Assembly (NCBI GenBank): GCA_051942205.1
Contig: JAVECO010000050.1
Span: forward strand, 109,538 to 129,537
DNA: 20,000 nt
Source of the DNA: Coniocarpon cinnabarinum
Taxonomy: Eukaryota
Reading direction: 5' to 3'
How positions within the stretch are numbered: the stretch's first letter is position 1; each line of letters starts with the position of its first letter. Below are positions 9,233-19,454 of this stretch, one piece after another. The notes under the pieces were generated by a model. It was not told the origin of the DNA, searched no databases, and saw only the letters and a program-made list of their open reading frames with translations. Both the position numbers and the translations under genes were made by a program.

Positions 9233-9826
9233 GGTCGCGTTAAATACTAACAGCAAATTATGAGATGAAGATAGGATTATTGAAACTTAGTACCACGGTT
9301 TGGGCAGCGCATTAATCATCGACTTGCATCTTGAATGGTTCACACAAGCCACATGGTGTGGCGTCACCGCGGGGTCCAGGTGCCAAGGATCGGAGACATT
9401 GGCCCGAGCGTCAAATTTCTGCTTATCTAAGCCCACTGCATCTCAAAGCCAGACCGCGCAGGATCTATGCCCAAAGTTCGTACCTTCGATACATTTTACA
9501 TACACGGTACCATCACCAATTAATAGTCGAAGAGGTATGTTAGACGAATCGCAACTAGCTGGAGTGGCTCTTCAATGTCGACAGCTTCTTCGGAAGCTCT
9601 GTAACTACCAATTCAAGCCGCCATGATTTGGCTGGCGCGACACACCATGTAGCATGCATGGGCTGACGATTGGCGCGCATGCGCGTTCGTGTGTAGATAC
9701 CTCAAGCCGAGCATAACATCGCCTTGAGAATCTCTCGTGCCCTACCGTCCTTGTCGTCACCAGTTCCACCAGGAACCCATTTCCACTCCGAGCTCTACAC
9801 TACATTGCAATAGCAACGCCGCCACC

Positions 9827-10590
9827 ATGGTGCGCACCTCAGTGCTCAACGACGCGTTAAAGACAATCAACAATGCAGAGAAGGCGGGCAAGCGTCAGTG
9901 CATGGTGAGACCGAGCTCCAAGGTCATTGTGAAGTTCTTGCAGGTCATGCAGAATCATGGTAAGTCCAATGGCGACCATGCAGCATTACGCAACAGATCG
10001 CGAAGGAGCCTGGGCCGTGCAATCGAGCTCGGAAAGAATGTGGACTCCTGGGACGCTCAAGATGACAAAGAGATATTTGGATCACACAACCGGGTTGATA
10101 ACTAGGCGCCGGCTTGACCGTCCATTGCGACATTTCAGTGGCCTGCGACCTTTTGAGTTCCTGGAAGATGAAGCAAAACCAACGTAGATTCTTACACGGC
10201 CGCTGAGATGTCACTGAAGCATACCGTTTATATCTACGATACAATGCTGACACGATCGCTATACAGGCTACATCGGCGAATTTGAGGAGGTTGATGATCA
10301 CCGCAATGGCAAAATTGTCATTCAGCTGAACGGCAGGTGAGTGATTTTTCGTGCAATGAGTCCAGATATCCCCACATCATTTACTTACACAATACCATAG
10401 ACTCAATAAGACCGGCGTCATCAATCCTCGCTACAACGTTCAGCTGCGAGACATGGAGAAATGGGTTGTTGCATTGCTGCCATCACGTCAGTTCGGTAAG
10501 GTCGTGTTGACGACATCGGCCGGCATCATGGACCATGACGAAGCCAGGAGAAAGCACGTGGCGGGGAAGATCCTGGGTTTCTTCTATTAG
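9827..10590 (+). CDS. RPS22: 40S ribosomal protein S22 (uS8). Exons 9827-9959, 10267-10336, 10401-10590, 130 aa
   Basis: [103 protein letters not shown]. Ideal Kozak context GCCACCATGG and canonical splice sites. Confidence 0.98.
10089..10246 (+). ncRNA. SNR44: H/ACA box snoRNA, snR44 orthologue, in RPS22 intron 1
   Basis: Two-hairpin H/ACA layout. The 5' hairpin is closed by CCGGG 10090-10094 and CCTGG 10160-10164, the H box AGATGA is at 10166-10171, the 3' hairpin is closed by CGTAGAT 10183-10189 and ATCTACG 10232-10238, and ACA is at 10241-10243. Guide segments GATAACT and TTCTTACA..TTTA are complementary to conserved 18S (AGUUAUC) and 25S (UAAA..UGUAAGAA) rRNA. Yeast snR44 is known to lie in an RPS22B intron. 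Confidence 0.85.
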
Positions 10591-11161
10591 AGTCGACGTT
10601 CCCGCGATAAAACTGACGCGGAAGATCAAAAACTACTGATCAGAGCAAAATCTCATTGAAAGCTTCGAGAACCACATTCGCGACACTCAGATAGTTCAGT
10701 AAGTCTTGTCCGTAGGTGTAAGTTCAGACATCTCCCAATCGAGACGACTTAGTCGCATGACTTTCCAAGTCTGTTCTATATCGGGTAATTCTTAGCGCAC
10801 ACATGTCTGCGATTGATAAGATCAATGAAGCAGCTTCTGAGCATTGCAGGCCACATTTGTTTCCAACTTCACATGCATGATGGCTGCCTGGCAGAGAGCG
10901 AAATTATGGCTAAGACGTTAAATGAGGCACGTGAAAGCGGTGAGAAAATTGAGAGAGGGGCGTACACCTCTTGCCTTGAAGACGTACCACCTATTTATTC
11001 CTTCCCTTGCCTCTCCCCAACTCAACTTTTCCTTCACCGACACTGTTGCCATCACAGCGTTGTGGACGAACCATTGCTGAGATTTCTTGTCACAACCGCT
11101 AATCCTTTGCCCTTCTAGACTTCTAGTTGCTCTTTCTGAGCAACTAAGAAGCACAAAGACA

Positions 11162-11942
11162 ATGCCGCCGAAGGAGAAGGCACGCGCTTTTCACACCCTC
11201 AAGGAGCTCTTGGAGCACCGTGATTGGGCGTTCAACCCACCAAAGGCCAGCGTGCGTTGAGAAATCTCATTTATTACTGTACCATCACTGACGCCATTTG
11301 CTAGCAATCCGACGACGCTGGGTCTGCTGCCAACGTCGAGGAGTCGACGACGCCAATCTCTTCCGGTAAGTGTGCGTCATTCCCAGCTGCTTTTCTCACT
11401 CACTCATAGTGTAGCAGCCAGCAAGACGGAGCCTGTCAGTCCCAAGTACTCACAGGCCACCCTGGAGGAGATGCGTAACTTGGCGGTCGAGCCGAAAGAT
11501 GACCCCGACGCTAAGATCGATGAATTGTAAGTACTTCAACGATTCCTGGCTGCTGAATGACTAGCTGACCATCTCTACCTAAAGCATGAAGGAGGCCAAA
11601 GTCAATCGCGAGGATGAGCCAGAGAGCCACGCAACAACTTCTCGCACTCCATCAGACTCTGACAGCAATGGAGAATCTACTCATGAAGATGCTGCATCAG
11701 TCTGCAGCATTCCATCAAACGTCAGAAGTCGTGAGTGGTCTCCAGTGCCGGCCAGGCGCCCAGAAACCCCGGGAGAGCGCGCAGACAGGGCCCTTAGGCG
11801 CATGGCGTTGACCATAGAGCTGGCGTTGGTGAATCAGCGTTGGGCCGACCCGCGAGATGCAGCACGAGGCTCCCTTCAGATTCATCAGAGGGTTCTCGAG
11901 ATGTTGAATGAGGTCTATCAGGATCCTGCGTCCCGACCATAG
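11162..11942 (+). CDS. Hypothetical (orphan) protein. Exons 11162-11251, 11305-11365, 11415-11526, 11585-11942, about 206 aa
   Basis: Three short introns (GTGCGT..TAG, GTAAGT..TAG, GTAAGT..AAG, with CTGAC branch sites in the first and third) splice into one open frame: MPPKEKARAFHTLKELLEHRDWAFNPPKAS|QSDDAG..IDEF|MKEAKV..ERADRALRRMALTIELALVNQRW..PASRP*. No family recognised. Confidence 0.72.
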
Positions 11943-12596
11943 CAACCTTGAAGGGCAAATCATACCTCGTAGTCATCCAATCATGGAGCAGCGAGGGCAC
12001 GTGTCTTAGCAGATGGAGACGCTAAATGCAAGGACGAAGATTGGAAATTCCAACGTCAAGGGCTAGAGCAAATCGAATGCCGAGTATCAGGATCATGACT
12101 GTCGACTCAACATGTCAACTTAGCATAAACGATAGCTGTGAACTGCAGAACCCTGAACTCATTTCAGCTGTGCCTTTCTCTGCTTCTATGTGACCTGTCC
12201 AATCCAATTGATTGATGCTTCTGCAATGCGTGTATGACAAGGAGGCATTGGGCACAGAGAGTGAAGGGATCACGGTTGAACATGCACGATAAAGATCGTG
12301 ACCTACTATTCCAGGGTATTGATCCGCGCTATCACGTCTCAATGTCACCGAAGCGCTTCAGCTCCAGCTCCACAGTACAACAGTTGCATTCAATGTCCTG
12401 TTCATCCAACAGCGTCACCCCATCCAACAAATGCTTGATCGTGCTGCAGATCATCCTATCGATATGGCCACCTCCGAGTTGCATCTTGTGATCCTCACAA
12501 TGTCTACAAAAGTAGGCTCCCTGGGAGGCCCTCATAGTCCCGGCGAGAGTCTGGTGCGCGTTTGGCAGATACCGTAAAATAGAGCATAGGAGAACA

Positions 12597-13557
12597 ATGA
12601 AGACGGTCGCGGAATTTGGGCTTCTCTCTTGCCTGACCACAACCTCGGTCAAGGCCGGCTGCCCCTCATCGTGTCAAGGAAATCTGCAGCTGTCCTGCCA
12701 CAACTCCTCTGCTGTCCAGAATACCTGCTGTTTTAATGCCCCCGGTGGAGATCTCCTGCAGACCCAGTTCTGGGACTATGATCCTGCCACGGGACCGTCG
12801 AACTCTTGGACCATCCATGGACTCTGGTTCGTTGCGTGTCACATTACTAGCCACTGAAGCGAGTCTAATATATGGAAGGCCAGACAACTGTGATGGCACA
12901 TACCAGTCCAACTGCGACTCTGAACGAGAATACAAGAACATAAGCCAGATCTTGGAATCGTTTGGGCAGCAAGATCTCCTGTCTTTCATGCAGAGCAATT
13001 GGAAAGACGTTGATGGCAGCGATGAAAGCTTCTGGGAACATGAATGGGGAAAGCACGGCACCTGCATATCTACCCTTGAGCCATCTTGCTACACCGATTA
13101 CACCCCACAGGAAGAGGTCGTAGACTTCTTCACTCGCACCGTGAACCTGTACAAGGGCCTTGACACCTACACTTTCCTCAAAAATGCAGGCATCGTACCC
13201 AGCAACAGCAAGAGCTACACGCTGAAGAGTGTACAAGCTGCCCTTTCCGGTGCGCCCGGCCGTAACGGTACTTCGGCCTTTGTGGACTGTGATGACTCTG
13301 GTGCCATTAACCAAGTCTTCTACTATTACAATGTCCGCGGCTCGGTTCAAACTGGTGAGTTTGTCGCTGCGGACGTGGACGGCGGGTCCAAGACCTCATG
13401 TCCAAAGAATGTGAAGTACATGCCTAAGAAGAACGGCACGCAGCCTCGTACCAGCTCAACTGGCAGCTCGGCAAGACCGACAGCTACCCTGGAAGGAAGC
13501 TGTCGATCAAATGAAAAGTGGTCATCAAGAAACAAAGCCAGGTCATTCGCATACTGA
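12597..13557 (+). CDS. Secreted/vacuolar ribonuclease T2. Exons 12597-12826 and 12879-13557, about 302 aa
   Basis: Signal-peptide-like N-terminus and CCFNAPGG..LQTQFWD. CAS-I WTIHGLW|PDNCDG is split by the intron 12827-12878 (GTTCGT..CTAAT..AAG). CAS-II is FWEHEWGKHGTCISTLEPSCY. Confidence 0.94.
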
Positions 13558-14229
13558 GATTAAAAGTCTTCTGAGCGAACGAATTGCCAAGCATGGATCT
13601 ACACAAATTCTTTCGTTTCACAGGTTATTGTCGTGGAGACTAGTCTTTATAGTCCTACCAAAGCAGTATTTCGACTTTTGGTATTTTGAATCTGGACGTC
13701 CTTCAGCCTTCACTCTCTTTGATCATGTCGCAGCATCTCCATTATCATCCTCTACACCCAGCTCACGTTTGAATATGTGGTCTGTAATATCGTCCAGAGT
13801 TTGTTCATCGCCGATTCAAGCCTTGCCCCTGTTCACATGTGCGTGCCAAGCAACAGGGATTGCCTATAGGTGTCGACATCATATGCAAGGTGAAAAGAAG
13901 ATCATGCACTAGCCTACCTCTTCTATCCGTTGAAGGAGATTTTGGCCAATCATTAGCAGGCAAAATTAATCCGGCTGCATGTGATTGCGTTTTGCTTCGA
14001 GTCATGGTGGAGTTCAGTGCAATATATGACTACGCTCTGCCTTTGCCTACAACTATTTCTTTTTCCTCGTCGTGCAACAGAGACCGCACGACACAACACA
14101 CATACCATAGCCATCTGCGTCTTGATTTTCAGCGTTGTTAACCTCGAATGCACCGAGTGACTAACTCTATCTTGTAGATCTCGTAGATCTCGTATATTCG
14201 TCTGAATATTTCAGGCGAGAGCGACTCCA

Positions 14230-16526
14230 ATGGCGACGGGTGCAACCACACTCGTCGCATTGGCCAGCAACATCACCAACGAGTTGGGCGTTCTTGATCG
14301 GAGTCTCGCCACCCTCGGATACATCAACAGCAAGTCCCGCAATGCGGGAGGATCTATCAACAGCGTGATGTCGCAGCTGCCTACTCTCCGGTTGTCCCTT
14401 TCTCAACTGTTGCAGTGGATGCAATTTGCATCTGCAGACGTGCAGGGCGAATCCATCCTGCTTGACAACCTGGAAATCTCCATCAACGGCTCTGAATCGC
14501 TTCTCAACTTGCTTAACGCCGAGATTCAGAACCTTGCCAATGGAAACTCCCATGACAGGTCGCTCCTCAAGAAGACGCAACTCCTATTGATTGATAGGGT
14601 GCTGCAAGAGCGACAAAAGCAGCTCGATTTTCACATTCTGTTCCTGTCATATTTGTTGCACGCAATTGGCTGGTGAGTAAGCAATGAGCAGAAACTCCTT
14701 GCACACTCTGATAATGGAGAAATAGTCAAACAGCAGCAGAGCGCGAGAGATTCCTCACGAACGCGAAAGTGAAACAGATTGCTCAGGCCATTGAAGCGGA
14801 CAATCTATCCACATCTAGGTACCGCAATCCAGGTGAGCACTTGACAGGACAGACAAGCTCTAAAGTAAGTAATTTGCACTGGACTCCAGCTTGAGGTCAC
14901 TTCCGGACCCTCATGTCACATGAGTGCTGAGCCATAACGAGGTTCGGTCGTGGCGGCCATGCTATGTCGTTCAGGCAAGATTGTGACTGACAGGAGTTTG
15001 CAGGACTTGCTACAAGATCCAGCACACGAGGCAACAACTGATTCCCACTACTCTGCTACCGAAACAAGCAATCAAAGCTTGCTAAGACCGGCACAAGGAC
15101 CGCAAAAGGAAGAGTCAGTGAAAACAGATCGAGACAAACACAACGAAAAAGTCGCGTTAGTTGCGAAACAAACAAAACACGATCAAGCCTTGCTGCAAAT
15201 ACCCAAAACCGAGCCTGACTCGAACCGTTCTCTCAGTCGATTCAAACGATTGAAAAGCTTTTCACATCTATCAGATGCCAAACTTACTCGAAAGGCCTCT
15301 AAACCGTCAATTATGCCTGCTACTGAAACTCCGGATGTCCGCAAAGTGCTGCTACTGGGCGCCAGTGGCAGTGGCAAGACGACACTTCTTCGCTCGTTTA
15401 TGGGACTCGGAGGAGCATCCCCTGCACCGATCGACCGGCTCATGTTTCCCTCATGTCTCACTGATACCCTTTGCGAGCGTCTGTTTGCTGTGGTCAATGG
15501 TATGCGTCAATTAGAGATTGAGCCGCAGACGGAGGCTGCTCAAGAAGCCTTACGCATGATCAAAAGCGAGGGCTTGAACACGGACAACCATTCAAAGCTT
15601 TGTAGTGCTGCACAAGCGTTTGCAGAAGATCCCGCCATCGAAGGTGCTTGTAGAAGCAGTCGTCGCTGCCACGTCCCAAAGGACACGCACTTGTAGGTGT
15701 TCTATCACTCTTTCCATAGACCACACTGACATTCAACAGTCTGCTCAAAAACGCGACACGACTCATTATCGAGCAAGAAATCAGCGAGGAGGATTGTTTC
15801 CGGGTATGGAATCGATCCACGGGAATCTGCCAGTAAGTTACCCTTTCCCCTTCATGTCTCTACAATCTATCTTACCCAACCATTCATTTCCGCGCTTTTA
15901 ACACTCATACGCTCTTGCTAACGTAACCATTGCAAAGTCACAAAATCACATCTGAAGACAAACAGTACGCAATCTACGACTATGCTGGCTGTCGAAGTGA
16001 GCGCAAGAAATGGCATGAGTCATTCACTGGAACCCGTGCGGTCATATTCGTGGTTGACGTGACCTGTTGGAACGACGCGCTCTTCGAAGCTCACGACAGC
16101 GAATCGATGGCAGAAAGCCTTGCACTTTTCGACGCCATCATCAATTCAAAGTGGTTCACTGATGTACCGGTGATTCTGGTCTTCACCAACCGCAGGTCAC
16201 TCAAACAGAAGCTGCAGGCTGACCCTCTGCAACATTATTTTCCGGACTTTGAAGGAGGAGACGATGAGCACGTGGCGCTTTTTCGGATCAAAAAAGCCTT
16301 CAAAGAGAGGATCAGACGCTCCAGGATCACTGTCACTGCTATAGCAACGGACGTGGAGGATGAACTACGCGACCCAGCTGAGAAGATTTTGAATGTGTTG
16401 GATGAGGTGATTGTCGAGAAGAGCGGCTCCGATGCGTCCTCCACCAATGTCGTGGAAAAGCCCTTATCGCCAAAGGGGCGCCCTGGATCACTGTCAGCGC
16501 TGCTACAATCAATGAACAATCGATGA
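14230..16526 (+). CDS. Atypical G-protein alpha domain protein with an N-terminal HeLo-like/fungal STAND-N helical domain. Exons 14230-14672, 14726-14864, 15004-15692, 15740-15832, 15938-16526, about 650 aa
   Basis: Five exons splice in frame. The G-alpha features are the P-loop KVLLLGASGSGKTT, switch I EDCFRVWNRSTGI, G3 YDYAGCRSERKKW, then AVIFVVD, MAESLALFDAIINSKWFTDVPVILVFTN and PLQHYFPDFEG. The N-terminal ~180 aa amphipathic helical region resembles HeLo-like N domains. The exon 2/3 boundaries are the least certain. Confidence 0.8.
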
Positions 16527-16771
16527 GTGCTTGAGCATGTGCTGACCGACAATCTGCTCTCAAATGCAGACTTCTTCAACGCTGAGAAGGAGCAACTTTG
16601 TTTTCTTGTGAACACTCAGCGCCATAGCTGCAGCTCATTCAAGCATGAACTCTTTCGTGGTAGTCATTTGGAATAATACCACCGAAGTCAGATCGGCTGA
16701 CCAAATCTTTGAATGACATTCTCGCTTCATGCAGCTTGCTCAATGACCCAAGTCAGATACTAAACTTATAA

Positions 16772-18832
16772 TCACACGATTGTGATTTTCTCCAGACTTT
16801 GCGCTTCCAGTGATGTTATTACCAATTGCAACTCGTGAACTGGTCGCTCCAATATTGCAAACGACCCAGTCCTCTTCCAATGTTGCGCATTCGCCCTCTC
16901 CAATATAATGCCCGTGAAGCCCACAGCCAACTTATTCATGTCTTTGCGAGACGTCCAGTGCGACGAGCGCTTGCTCAAGAAAAGCGCCTTCACGTCCCTC
17001 TCAGGCAGCTCCGTCGCCTCGATCGAATCAGCATTGATGGGCCCTAAGTCAACCTGCGTCTCATCCGTCGTCAGAAGCCGCTTCTTGCTGGACCAGATTC
17101 CTGACAAGACGGGTGCGCGCAGCTTTAGATAACCGTCTTTGATGGGACCATATGGTCCAGCACCTTCCTTGTTGACAACACTCACGTCTAAGACCTCGAA
17201 AAGACTTTCTCTCTCCTCGTCCGGTTTTAACTTCAACCACGGCTGATCATCAAATGCAGTGCCCTGATGGTTACTTAGCCAACTCCAGCTTGGAGCAACG
17301 TACTCTCCCTCTGTCCTTCTCAGCGTGACTTGCTCCCGCCGCCAGGCCAGTAATTGCATGTGTCCTTCCCATAACCCGGCCCTGTACTTCCCCAGCACGT
17401 CACCGAATCGCTCCGCAAAGTCCTCGGCAATGCCGGCCACGGCGTTGATCGCATCTTCGGGCTTGGTCAGGTGTCGATGTGAATAATGCATCACCAATTG
17501 GCACCATCTGTGAAGTACTGCCTCCTGCTTTTTGGAGGTCTCGAAGGATGCGAAGGTGAAATAGCGCCCGTCGTCGGGAATGATGGCGTCTTGGTCTAGG
17601 TGCGTGTGCTGACATCGACACAGCCATATCAGATCGCGCCGCTCGAATATGAGAAGGCGTCTCGAGAGGTATCGCTCTTCTAGACACCAGGCCCTCACGT
17701 TTGGACCGTGTGTCCAATACGTTGGCGCATGACCAAATTCCAGGTAGGTCTTTTCCAGCGCCTTACCAGTGTCGCCTTCACTTTCTTCTCTGTCGTTAAC
17801 ACCGGATGTGCCACGTGGAAGAGGGATCTCAAAGCCTTGCAAAGGTTTAATGTTAGGCTCGAGAAAGCCTTCATGAACGCTGGTAGCAGATGAAGCGACA
17901 ATCGTCACATAGGCATTCTTGTAGATGTTCCTCATATTCCGGATCTCAGCGCGCTTGTCCTCCTTGCTATCTTGAATGATACACAACGCATCGATCCAAA
18001 GATATCTCAAACCTAGACTACGAGTTACCCGGACTACATCTACAACAGTCTGTGGCAAACTCGCCGCAGGAATAAAGGCAAGATGCGAGGCGAGAGAAGC
18101 GCTCGTCGTCATGAGATTTGCAGATCCGCCCCAGCAGTAAGACAGCGCCGCGTAGCGCTCGCGATCATCTGGTGTTACGACCTTCAAGCGCACACCTCCA
18201 TCCGACTGAAAACAAGACACATCCACCAAACGCTTGGGAAGAGAAGGCCTCTCAGCGACCTTGCATCCCTCATGAGTCTCGCATTCCTTCAACCAAGATT
18301 GAGCTTGCTCCAGCTTCGCCAGCGCATCAAAAGCCCACGGTCTTCCCCCGTCATACACCCTCATTTCCAAAGGACTAAACGGCACGAACCTCGCCGTCGC
18401 CTTACTCTCGCCAGCCCTTCCAAATACCAGAAAAACGATCAATTGATTGAAATGCACGATGTGCTGTTGACGTATACAAAAGAAGCGAAATCGAACTTCA
18501 ACTTCGGTATCATCGTTTGCCTCTTTTTCTTTGACGGCATTAGACAGGACCGCAGTGCACCAGGGACATCGTTCTGCAGCCGATGTTTTGAGTGATGGAA
18601 TGGATGTATGATAGCTTGTCTCGTGACGGAGAGGCGAGGAAGAGGTGGGGTCGTAGCATGTTGATGGTCTTGAGGCGAAGAGGGGAATCAGATTCGTCTG
18701 GACGCAGGATGTGCAGAGACTTCCTGGTTGCTCAGGTAGCAGAGTAGAGATGTGAGGTGCGGGTTTGGCGGGATCGCTGGGACCGGTATACCAGGGAGGT
18801 GGATCTCGTCGTAGTGGATTATATTCGTCCAT
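16772..18832 (-). CDS. HET-domain (heterokaryon incompatibility, TOL/HET-6-like) protein, 686 aa, single exon
   Basis: Motifs WLKECETHEGC, LPKRLVDV, YAALSYCWGG, LPQTVVDVVRVTRSLGLRYLWIDALCIIQDS, MRNIYKNAYVTIVA, RAWCLEERYLSRRLLIF, YRAGLW and YVAPSWSWLS. The N-terminus has CxxC..CxxC. Confidence 0.93.
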   Translation of the reverse strand: MDEYNPLRRDPPPWYTGPSDPAKPAPHISTLLPEQPGSLCTSCVQTNLIPLFASRPSTCYDPTSSSPLRHETSYHTSIPSLKTSAAERCPWCTAVLSNAVKEKEANDDTEVEVRFRFFCIRQQHIVHFNQLIVFLVFGRAGESKATARFVPFSPLEMRVYDGGRPWAFDALAKLEQAQSWLKECETHEGCKVAERPSLPKRLVDVSCFQSDGGVRLKVVTPDDRERYAALSYCWGGSANLMTTSASLASHLAFIPAASLPQTVVDVVRVTRSLGLRYLWIDALCIIQDSKEDKRAEIRNMRNIYKNAYVTIVASSATSVHEGFLEPNIKPLQGFEIPLPRGTSGVNDREESEGDTGKALEKTYLEFGHAPTYWTHGPNVRAWCLEERYLSRRLLIFERRDLIWLCRCQHTHLDQDAIIPDDGRYFTFASFETSKKQEAVLHRWCQLVMHYSHRHLTKPEDAINAVAGIAEDFAERFGDVLGKYRAGLWEGHMQLLAWRREQVTLRRTEGEYVAPSWSWLSNHQGTAFDDQPWLKLKPDEERESLFEVLDVSVVNKEGAGPYGPIKDGYLKLRAPVLSGIWSSKKRLLTTDETQVDLGPINADSIEATELPERDVKALFLSKRSSHWTSRKDMNKLAVGFTGIILERANAQHWKRTGSFAILERPVHELQLVITSLEAQSLEKITIV

Positions 18833-18848
18833 GCGGAGTCGACTGCGT

Positions 18849-18884
18849 CCCCTCTGTCGCCTGGAGCCCCTCTGTCGCCTGGAG
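18849..18884 (+). repeat. Perfect 18-bp tandem duplication (CCCCTCTGTCGCCTGGAG)x2
   Basis: Two identical copies lie just upstream of the HET ATG at 18832. Confidence 0.95.
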
Positions 18885-19454
18885 TACCCGTCTTACTCTC
18901 CTATCAGTCCAGTGGGCCCGCTATTCTACAGCAGTGGTTCGCAGTACCACAATAGGCCCCGGAACCGCCACGCTCTCCTCATTACATAGTCTTACCAGGT
19001 TTCATGTGCATCCAACGTCGGATACGTAACAGCAATATCCTGTCGACGGATTTAAAGAATGTCTTGCTTTCCACCACGTGCTTCTGAGCATAGACCTGCT
19101 GATAGCCCTATACGGTGGCCTCGCACGGAAACTGTTCTGCTCGCTGCCGTTCAATCACATCCCTACCCTCAGGTACTCCGTACCCAAATCTAGGCCCATT
19201 CCAGATCGGCGCTGATCCCGGAAAGTTCGGGGAGCAGACCCACCCATTCCGGCCCCCAAATGACGTCGAAATCAAACTGCGTCACTCGTCCCAGGTGAAA
19301 TCAGCCGCCTGCTTTAAGCTGAAACAACCTTGACCTCTCAACCAATATCCAACCACCAGATACCCAAAAACTCACATTTCGATCAAGCAAAGCTCTGTGA
19401 GCGAAGATCTCCTGCGCGTCGAACGAGCGACAAAACGTATTGGAGATTGATACT

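Noticed and set aside
11998..12003. CACGTG (PHO-box) about 600 bp upstream of RNase T2
   Set aside because: Biologically plausible, but it is a single hexamer that also occurs elsewhere in the window (for example near 1676 and 19075), so it is not distinguishable from chance.
14174..14194. GTAGATCTC x2.3 tandem repeat upstream of the G-alpha-like gene
   Set aside because: Short slippage duplication with no evidence of function.
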